From: a bacterium
Lineage (GTDB): Bacteria > UBA10199 > 2-02-FULL-50-16 > JAJFLM01
Reading direction: 5' to 3'
NCBI GenBank assembly: GCA_965216315.1
Contig: CBDCFN010000016.1
Span: 320,001 to 384,000, forward strand
Length of the DNA: 64,000 bases
Both the position numbers and the translations under genes were made by a program. The notes beneath the pieces were generated by a model. That model did no database searches and had not been told where the DNA came from. It saw nothing but the letters and a program-made list of their open reading frames with translations. This document shows, piece after piece, positions 46,297 through 53,838 of this stretch (its first letter is position 1; every line of letters starts with the position of its first letter).

Positions 46297-48132
46297 ATGG
46301 ATTTATGTTTGTTTGATAACAGCGCGATCGTTCTTGTCGGGAAGCAGGCCGGACTCTTTGACGTGAGTCATCCGGGCAGTGTCGGTGCCCCAAGCGGTCC
46401 GCAGAGTTCAGTTCAGAACCAGAGTACCTCCAGCTCCGGCGAGGCCCCGCAGTACGAAGCCAAGGTCGAAACCCCGACTTTATTGAGTCCGGAAGAAGAA
46501 GCCGCACTGGCCGACCAGAATTTACGCATGAGCAACGCGAATGTTGACCCCAACAAAGCTGCGATCCAGAGCAATCTGCAGGAGAGTAAACTTATTCATA
46601 AAGAGCAGATCACCTGGTTGGAGCACGTCCTGGGTGCGGATGTCGCCAAGGCCCTGCGCAGTGCCAATAAAGATAGTCTTCGCAATATTTCTGATGTCGC
46701 CCGCATTGTTTATGAAGTGACCGGCGGCGATCTCAAGGCCGTTCAAGCCCTGTTGAATAAACTGCACGCGATCAAGTCATCACTGCCCCGCGAAGCCCGC
46801 GCCGATCTCGATGCAATTACGGGCCTCATTGGAGAGATCGAGACCCGAGCCGCAGCGGATGGATTGAAAATCAGCTCTAGTGCTTCCACGCACGATCAGT
46901 ACAAGGCCCGCTCGGCTGAACTGGAGCAGGTGATCACGAAGCTGCAAGACAAGCTGGCCACGCTGCTCCCCAAAGAGCTCGCCGCTCAGTTGAAGAGCCA
47001 AGGATTTTTAGGCGTCGGTGTGGCCAAGAAGGTCAGCGACGCGATTACCAAGAAATTTGATGCCCAGCTCAAGGAGCTGCGTGCCGAACTCAAGGCGGCC
47101 AAGGACGCCGGCAACAAAGAGCGGGTCCAGTTAATCAAGTCGAAAATCAGCGATGTCCAGGCCAACCAAAAGCAGGCCCTGCAGCAGGCCCGCATTCTCG
47201 GCAAGGTCCTGCAGGCCGGTGACCGGGCGCTTAGCTCCGAGAATCTCGAGCAGATCAATCAATTTTTTAATCTTATTGATGCCCCGCGCGGTGGTGCGCA
47301 GGAAGGTATCCAGGCAGCGGTTCTCAATCTTGATGAGGTCCGTGACCTCGATCAACTCGAAGGCATTGTCAATGTCGTGTTGAACGCCGAAGAGACCGCC
47401 CAGGCCGGGACGCAGTCGACCGCGCATTCCGGTGACGCCGGAGCGCCGCAAGAGTCGTCTTCGGGCGCCGGCATTCAGTCTGCAGGCGGTACCGGTAACG
47501 ATGAGCCGGTCGACGAAGCCGAGATGGCCAAAAAAGTTTTAATGGAAGAAGGCCAGGACATCGAAGGCCAGGGCAGCGGTGCCGGGATTCAATCCGAAGG
47601 CGCGACTGCCGAAGAGCATGCCGAGATCCAGGGTGACTGGATGGGCCTGACGCAGGCCGAGATGGGCATGAAGATCGCCAGTTCGAGCGTCGTGATGGGG
47701 ATTACCTCGTCGTATTACCGCGGCCGCTCGGACGAGCGCAAACTCAAGGGCATGATCGACAAGTTGATCGCCGCGATTTCACGCGGTGATCTCGATGCGA
47801 TCAGTACCGCTCTGATCCTGATCGGACGCCGCTCGCAGGAGAGCCTACGCAAGGTCTCCCTGACGATGATCAAGGCGATGAAATATTATGAAGAACAGCA
47901 GTCGGGCCTCAATGATGAGCTGGAATCCTTGACCCGTGATATGGGTCCGACCTTTGGTGCGGATATGCAGGCGATTAACAACAAGATGAATATGTACTCG
48001 AGTAATCGCCAGGCCCTGATGTCGATGTTCCGTGATACCAAGGCGCAGGTCGATACGATTGAGAATTTAACCAAGTCGATACTGGATATCGAAGGCCGGC
48101 AGAAACGCCAGCTGGCGCAATTCCAGGCCTAA
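46297..48132 (+). CDS. Putative T3SS substrate, paralogue C (coiled coil plus shared C-terminal module)
   Basis: ATG 46297 after GAGG (the TTG at 46258 overlaps the sigma54 promoter); YSSNRQA...RD.K C-terminal motif. Confidence 0.75.
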   Translation: MDLCLFDNSAIVLVGKQAGLFDVSHPGSVGAPSGPQSSVQNQSTSSSGEAPQYEAKVETPTLLSPEEEAALADQNLRMSNANVDPNKAAIQSNLQESKLIHKEQITWLEHVLGADVAKALRSANKDSLRNISDVARIVYEVTGGDLKAVQALLNKLHAIKSSLPREARADLDAITGLIGEIETRAAADGLKISSSASTHDQYKARSAELEQVITKLQDKLATLLPKELAAQLKSQGFLGVGVAKKVSDAITKKFDAQLKELRAELKAAKDAGNKERVQLIKSKISDVQANQKQALQQARILGKVLQAGDRALSSENLEQINQFFNLIDAPRGGAQEGIQAAVLNLDEVRDLDQLEGIVNVVLNAEETAQAGTQSTAHSGDAGAPQESSSGAGIQSAGGTGNDEPVDEAEMAKKVLMEEGQDIEGQGSGAGIQSEGATAEEHAEIQGDWMGLTQAEMGMKIASSSVVMGITSSYYRGRSDERKLKGMIDKLIAAISRGDLDAISTALILIGRRSQESLRKVSLTMIKAMKYYEEQQSGLNDELESLTRDMGPTFGADMQAINNKMNMYSSNRQALMSMFRDTKAQVDTIENLTKSILDIEGRQKRQLAQFQA

Positions 48133-48179
48133 ACGGCCGGAATCTGAATGTAGGGGCGCTGCTCGCCGCGCCCGGAAAG

Positions 48180-48208
48180 GCAACTGGAAGAGGCTTTTGA
48201 GCCGATAA
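48180..48208 (+). promoter_or_regulatory. Putative sigma28-like promoter GCAACT-N17-CGATAA (GCCGATAA -10)
   Basis: Recurring motif. Confidence 0.75.
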
Positions 48209-48232
48209 AATATTGTTGGAACTGTAAATACG

Positions 48233-50038
48233 ATGGAACTTTATCTTTCACATAGCGACTTACCGATCGTCCTGACCAGGCCGGGGCTGTTTGAGGTCCC
48301 TGTCGCAACGGTGGGTTCAGTCCAAACGGGTGGGACGCAGCCGACGGCGCCTGATGCAACGGTTGCGCAAGGAACGACGATCCCGACGGACGGGACGAAT
48401 GCCGGTCAATTGACGGTTCGCCGCGACACGGCCTGGCCGGAAGTTGGCAACGGTTCGGGACAGCTAGGTGTTCGTTATCGAGATGCTAGTGGTGCATGGC
48501 ACGACCTGCCAGGCTCTGCCATCACGCGGGGGGGCACCGACAATAGAGACCTGACGATTACCTTTCCGGAAACAGCTCGTACCGGGAACGTCGCTTACGA
48601 AATTTTTACAGGTTCGGGTGGATCCCGCACGTATCTCGCCGATGGAACGGCTCCCTTTGCGACGCGGACGGCGACAGATGGCGACGGGACGGCGCGTCCC
48701 GGGCAGACTCAGAGCCCTCCGACGAATGAGGCGCTTGGCTCTGTCGGTGGCGGTACGGGTGAAGACACACGGACCGCACTCAATACCTATGCGACCAATT
48801 TTGAGACCACGACAGGTCCCAACGCGATGCGTTCAATTTTTAATCTCGGGAGCGGTGTCGAATATTGGTCGAGTGGGACGACTTTAAATCCCGCTAATTT
48901 TGATCAAGCCGTGACGGACATGACTGCAGGTCGGGATCGGGTTCAAGCCCTGCGTGATACCGCGGTGTCCGATTTGGGCACGGCGACGACGGAGCTACAG
49001 CGTTTGGAAAATCTCCCGGCTGGCGAAAGACCTGCTGACTATGATACCCAATTATCAGCTGCTCGGACACGGGTTGAGACTTTGCGCACGCAGGTCCGGC
49101 AATATAGCGATTCTTTTGACGCGCATGTGCGTGGTCTGGGCCGAGCCTCTTCTTTCCGTACTATTTATGACGAATTCAGAACCGCACGGACGGCATTGGA
49201 TGGTGGTGATCCGACGCAAATGAGAGATTTTAGACAGCGCTATGATCGTCGTACGGTTGCGTCGTTAGGCAATGGGACCGTGATGGCAGGCATTACAAGC
49301 GGTAATTACACTGGCGAGCAGATCAATGCGGCGCGTACCGAAGTCAATCGGCCGGCCGGCGGTGGCAACGGCGGTGCCGGGACCCAGAGCGCCGGTTTCA
49401 CTAATACCGTCCACGGTATTAACCAAGGCATTAACGCCGTTGCAGGGACTGTCCACAGTGCGGCGAACGTGACGGATGCCCTCGGGCGTCTCACCCGTTC
49501 GTCAGCCAGCATTCCGCCGAACAGCGGCTTTGGCTATGGCGGTTTCGGTGGCGGCTATGGTTTCGGGGGTGGCTTTGGTTTCGGCGGTTTCGGACCGATG
49601 GGAATGATGGGACCGGTGGGTCAGCAAGACCAGCGTGAAGAATCTCGCAAGATCACGATGTTGTTGCAGATGTTGATGCATGCCATCCAGGCGGGGAATA
49701 CGGATGCGATCGGTACGGCCCTGACCTTCATCGCGATGCGCGGTAAAAAGACCTTGTTACAGGCGGCGGCACGCACCGTGCGGGCGATGGAATCTTTTGA
49801 GCGGCAGCAGCAGACGATCAATAATCAGATGGCCAACCTCAATGCCGAGGGCAATCGGAATTATCAGTCGCAGATGATGACCCTGACCAACGACATGAAC
49901 GTCTATTCTTCGAATCGTCAGGCCATCGTCAACTTCCTGCGGGACGTCAAAGGGATGGTCGATGAGCTCGATAATATGGATAAGAGCTGGCGCGATGTGG
50001 CGATCAGACAGCAGACGTCGTTGACTCGATTTGCCTAA
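48233..50038 (+). CDS. Putative T3SS substrate, paralogue D (Thr/Gly-rich, GGFG repeats, shared C-terminal module)
   Basis: YSSNRQAIVNFLRDVK motif; GFGYGGFGGGYGFGGGFGFGGFG tract. Confidence 0.75.
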   Translation: MELYLSHSDLPIVLTRPGLFEVPVATVGSVQTGGTQPTAPDATVAQGTTIPTDGTNAGQLTVRRDTAWPEVGNGSGQLGVRYRDASGAWHDLPGSAITRGGTDNRDLTITFPETARTGNVAYEIFTGSGGSRTYLADGTAPFATRTATDGDGTARPGQTQSPPTNEALGSVGGGTGEDTRTALNTYATNFETTTGPNAMRSIFNLGSGVEYWSSGTTLNPANFDQAVTDMTAGRDRVQALRDTAVSDLGTATTELQRLENLPAGERPADYDTQLSAARTRVETLRTQVRQYSDSFDAHVRGLGRASSFRTIYDEFRTARTALDGGDPTQMRDFRQRYDRRTVASLGNGTVMAGITSGNYTGEQINAARTEVNRPAGGGNGGAGTQSAGFTNTVHGINQGINAVAGTVHSAANVTDALGRLTRSSASIPPNSGFGYGGFGGGYGFGGGFGFGGFGPMGMMGPVGQQDQREESRKITMLLQMLMHAIQAGNTDAIGTALTFIAMRGKKTLLQAAARTVRAMESFERQQQTINNQMANLNAEGNRNYQSQMMTLTNDMNVYSSNRQAIVNFLRDVKGMVDELDNMDKSWRDVAIRQQTSLTRFA

Positions 50039-50066
50039 TTTTTGACCGAAAAAATGGAATTTTTAG

Positions 50067-50096
50067 AGGGTGGACCGGGTGTCCGCCCTTTTTTTT
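50067..50096 (+). terminator. Rho-independent terminator
   Basis: AGGGTGGAC-CGGGT-GTCCGCCC followed by a T-run. Confidence 0.8.
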
Positions 50097-50165
50097 GGCA
50101 AAAAACCCAAGGATTATTAGAACTTGTACGGCTCAGACGAAAATGTTATTTTATATCCAGAGGTT

Positions 50166-50810
50166 ATGGATTCGATGGCAAATCCGAAGGATACCGGTGT
50201 ACCCGAGAATCCCGCACCTGAAGGGGCAGAGGCCGGCCCGGAGGAGGTCTCCTTTGATGAGCTCGCCAATCAACTCGAGGCGGAGCTCAAAAAGGTGCCC
50301 CCCCAAAAGCTGGCAGAGGCCCAGAAGCAGGTAGCGGATTTTCTGGGGGGCGACCTGAAATGGGCCGATCTCGCCGATTGGACCCCCGAGAAGCTGCATG
50401 AGACCGCCAAGGAGGGCTACGCCCAATACGAGGCCGCCCAGTACGACCAGGCGGAGATCATTTTTAAGGGGCTGACCGTGCTGGATCCGGACAATTTCTA
50501 CTATCACCAGATGCTCGGGGCGTGTTTTCAGCAACAGAAGAAATTCGCCGAATCCATCGTCGAGTATTCAATCGCGGTCGATCTCAAGCCCGACGATATC
50601 ACCTCTTTTACCAACCGGGGCGAGGTCTACTATGAGCTCAAGCTCTGGGATCTGGCCGAACGGGATTTTAATGAGGCGATCCGCCTCGATACGACCGGAG
50701 GGGACCGCTGGGCCAATCGCTCCCGGCTGTTGTTGAAAAAGCTGGCGGGACTGCGTAGTACGCAACCCGTTGGGGCCTCTGAGCCGAAAATAGAAGCAGG
50801 AGATAAGTAA
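50166..50810 (+). CDS. SycD/LcrH-like TPR chaperone
   Basis: GYAQYEAAQYDQAEIIFKGLTVLDPDNFYYHQMLGACFQQQKKFAESIVEY. Confidence 0.8.
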   Translation: MDSMANPKDTGVPENPAPEGAEAGPEEVSFDELANQLEAELKKVPPQKLAEAQKQVADFLGGDLKWADLADWTPEKLHETAKEGYAQYEAAQYDQAEIIFKGLTVLDPDNFYYHQMLGACFQQQKKFAESIVEYSIAVDLKPDDITSFTNRGEVYYELKLWDLAERDFNEAIRLDTTGGDRWANRSRLLLKKLAGLRSTQPVGASEPKIEAGDK

Positions 50811-50813
50811 TTT

Positions 50814-51710
50814 ATGGCCATTGATATGCCAGGCATGCAGACCGGCGCTTCCGATGTGAGGACGCAGACGCCCCCTGTCGTGACGGAGGGGCTCCTTAGC
50901 GGTCAGGTCGCCCAGGAGATCCGTCAGCTGCTCAAGACGGACGTGACGGCCACCGATATGCTGGCCTATCTCTCGCAGCAAGCGACGCGCCTGGCCGATC
51001 TCCAGTCACCGCCTTCGATCAAGGCGATGTCCGCGGACATCCCGCCGCCGCCGGAAGATAGCCCGCTTTGGAATGAATCGGATCCGTCGATGCAGGTCTC
51101 CGATGTGGAGCTGCAGGCCCTTGATGAGTTTACCCAACAGATGGCGGGCATTGCCTCGGAAGGGGGCGATGCGAATGACGCCTGGCTCAACGGGGCGGAT
51201 AGCATCCTCGATAAACTCAAAGAACAATACGGGGATCCGCAGATGGCCATCGGTGACGGCGAGATGACCGGTGGGATCTGGGACTGGATGATGACCGGTG
51301 AAGTCAGTCGTGAGGCCGCTGAGGTCGATGACAGATGGCGTACCCTGATTCAGTCGTTGCTGGCGGATCCCAAGGCCAGTGCGGTTGATGTGCTGATGGC
51401 GATGGGCCAATATTTAACGGAGAAAAACGGGAAGGGACTGACCGAGGCCTTCAAGCTGTTTCACAATAAAGAAGTCGCTTATCAAGAGAATATGGCGGAG
51501 CTGGGCCTGGGCGAAAAGGCCCTCAATCCGACGGAGATGATGCAGGCGCAGGAAGAGATGCGCCAGTTTGGGATGGACTCCCAGATGGGGATGCAGGTGA
51601 TCCAGCAGTTCCGTCAGGACATCGACCGGACGCAGAACTACGTGAAGTCTTCCGCGACGGCGGTTCATCAGACGCTCCGAGCCATGATCCAAAACTACGC
51701 GTTACGATAA
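50814..51710 (+). CDS. Putative T3SS substrate, paralogue E (acidic N-half, divergent shared C-terminal module)
   Basis: Lies between two SycD-like genes; D..QN..KS C-terminal pattern. Confidence 0.65.
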   Translation: MAIDMPGMQTGASDVRTQTPPVVTEGLLSGQVAQEIRQLLKTDVTATDMLAYLSQQATRLADLQSPPSIKAMSADIPPPPEDSPLWNESDPSMQVSDVELQALDEFTQQMAGIASEGGDANDAWLNGADSILDKLKEQYGDPQMAIGDGEMTGGIWDWMMTGEVSREAAEVDDRWRTLIQSLLADPKASAVDVLMAMGQYLTEKNGKGLTEAFKLFHNKEVAYQENMAELGLGEKALNPTEMMQAQEEMRQFGMDSQMGMQVIQQFRQDIDRTQNYVKSSATAVHQTLRAMIQNYALR

Positions 51711-51761
51711 GTGGGGGAGACGCGTTAGGGTGGCGCGTGAGTTGATACGGGTCGAACTATC

Positions 51762-52364
51762 ATGGATGAGACGTATACGAGGGGTCAAAAGACGACAACG
51801 CGGGAACAGGACCCTAATCCTGACCGGGTAAAACATCTCGCCGAACTCCTTCATCGATTTGCCACCAATAAAATCAGTCTGGCCGATATCGCGCGCCTGC
51901 CGCGCAAAGAATTGCGACGCATGACCGAGATCGGTCATACCAAGCTCAAATACGGTCGTTACAAAGAGGCCTTAGAGATCTTTTCGATGCTCGCCAAGGT
52001 CGACCACAAAAACTATTATTATCGTTCCGCTCTCGGTGGTGTGTATCAGAAGATGAAAAAATGGATCGAGTCCCTGGCGAGTTATACGATTGCCCTCAAA
52101 CTCAATAAGAATGATACCGCCAGCCTCGTCAATCGCGGGGAGATTTTTTTGCGTCATGACAAGTTCAAGCGGGCCGCGGAAGATTTTCGTCGCGCCATCC
52201 TGACGGACAAGGCGGGAAAAAACCTATGGGCGAATCGGGCCCGCTCTTTGGTGATTGCGCTCAAGCGCAGCGTGGAAGCCAAGAAAAATGTGAAGAAAGC
52301 CACCCGGCCCGCCTTGCCGGCATCACGTAAGCCGGTGCCGCGGAGTGCGGGAAGAAGAAGGTAA
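51762..52364 (+). CDS. Second SycD/LcrH-like TPR chaperone (basic)
   Basis: GRYKEALEIFSMLAKVDHKNYYYRSALGGVYQ...NRGE...WANRAR; paralogue of 50166. Confidence 0.8.
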   Translation: MDETYTRGQKTTTREQDPNPDRVKHLAELLHRFATNKISLADIARLPRKELRRMTEIGHTKLKYGRYKEALEIFSMLAKVDHKNYYYRSALGGVYQKMKKWIESLASYTIALKLNKNDTASLVNRGEIFLRHDKFKRAAEDFRRAILTDKAGKNLWANRARSLVIALKRSVEAKKNVKKATRPALPASRKPVPRSAGRRR

Positions 52365-52421
52365 GAAATTTATCTCCCCCTTTACAAAGGGAGGGACTCT
52401 AAGTGGGACAGTTGACGCTCT

Positions 52422-53819
52422 TTAATCGTTGTCGTTGAGGATCCCATATTTCTTGAGCAGATTGCGGATGTGCTTCCGGTCGATTCCAGCCTCGCGGGCG
52501 GTCTTGGAGATGTTGTAATTGTTGCGCCGGAGCAGGGCGGCCAGATAGTCCCGTTCAAAGGATTCGACGATCTTTTGCTTGGCCTCTTTGAAGGGCAGGC
52601 CGAGATCGACCTCCGGGAGTTTTTCAGTGACCTCGTCTTCTTCACGTTCCAACTCTTGAAAGACATAGGCTAAGTCCTGACCTTTGACGGAATCCCCGTT
52701 GACTAAGGGGACGACGCGCGAGAGGACGTTGACGAGTTCCCGGACGTTTCCCGGCCATTGATAACGAGTGAGCATCTTGAGGGCGTCATCTTCCACGCGC
52801 GTGACATGAAGGCTGCCATCGGGATTGCGATTGAAATCCCCCTCGGACAAGAAACGTTCGACCAGCATTTCGATGTCATCAGGGCGTTCGCGCAAGGGCG
52901 GAATGAAAATTTTGACGACGGAGAGCCGATAATAGAGATCCTCGCGAAAATTGCTATCAGCGACTTCTTTGCGCAGATTGCGATTGGTCGCGCAGAGCAC
53001 GCGGACATCAATGCTCACCGTATCGTTAGAACCGACCTTTTTGATTTGGCGTTGCTCTAAGGCGCGCAGCAGTTTCGGTTGCAGGTCCATGGAGAGTTCG
53101 CCGATTTCATCGAGAAAGATCGTCCCTCCAGTGGCTTCCTCAAAGGCCCCTTTGCGGGTCGACACGGCCCCGGTAAATGAACCTTTCATATGACCAAAGA
53201 GTTCCGATTCGATCAAATTTTCGGCCACGGCCGAACAATCGAAGACGACAAAGGGTTTATCTTTGCGGGGACTGTTGTCATGGATGGAGCGGGCAACGAC
53301 TTCTTTACCGACACCGGTTTCCCCTTCGATAATAACCGTCGCATTGGTAGGCGAGATCCGACTGAGGAGGCCGAAGATCTGGCGCATGCGCCGTGACCGG
53401 CCGATTAAACGCCCGAATTCGGTTTTTTCCGAGGGCTCCACCTGAACCTTTTCATCGAAAGCAATAAATTCAATGCGGGAGTTGCCGATGCGAATAATAT
53501 CGCCGGGGGCGAGATAGGCTTCTTTGACCCGCGTTTCGTTAATAAACGTGCCGTTAGTGCTCTCGAGATCTCTTAATAGAAAACTGTCTTCTTCCGGTAC
53601 GATTTCAAAGTGAGTCCGCGAGACCGCTCGGTCCTCGATGGCGAGTCCATTGTCCTCTTTTTTGCCGATCGTGATACGGTTGTCTTTAAGGTCCATCTTG
53701 CGGCCTTTGCTGGTCCCTTCAACGACTACGAGCTGGCATTTACGGAGACTGACGACATCCTTGTTTTCGTCGAGTCGTAAGAGTTGGGTATCACTCTCTA
53801 AGATTTCATTTTGCGCCAT
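52422..53819 (-). CDS. FHA-domain sigma54-dependent enhancer-binding protein
   Basis: N-terminal FHA (VSRTHF...STNGT), [36 protein letters not shown], Fis-type HTH. Confidence 0.95.
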   Translation of the reverse strand: MAQNEILESDTQLLRLDENKDVVSLRKCQLVVVEGTSKGRKMDLKDNRITIGKKEDNGLAIEDRAVSRTHFEIVPEEDSFLLRDLESTNGTFINETRVKEAYLAPGDIIRIGNSRIEFIAFDEKVQVEPSEKTEFGRLIGRSRRMRQIFGLLSRISPTNATVIIEGETGVGKEVVARSIHDNSPRKDKPFVVFDCSAVAENLIESELFGHMKGSFTGAVSTRKGAFEEATGGTIFLDEIGELSMDLQPKLLRALEQRQIKKVGSNDTVSIDVRVLCATNRNLRKEVADSNFREDLYYRLSVVKIFIPPLRERPDDIEMLVERFLSEGDFNRNPDGSLHVTRVEDDALKMLTRYQWPGNVRELVNVLSRVVPLVNGDSVKGQDLAYVFQELEREEDEVTEKLPEVDLGLPFKEAKQKIVESFERDYLAALLRRNNYNISKTAREAGIDRKHIRNLLKKYGILNDND

Positions 53820-53838
53820 GCTGACTCCTTAACTTCAT

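Noticed and set aside
42938..51710. Calling the paralogues flagellins or canonical SctE/SctB translocators
   Set aside because: No flagellin N-terminal signature (LSSGxRIN) and no long hydrophobic TM hairpin
51731..51746. TGGCGCGTGAGTTGAT as a sigma54 promoter
   Set aside because: The -12 is GA rather than GC, and the predicted start would leave only about 6 nt before the ATG
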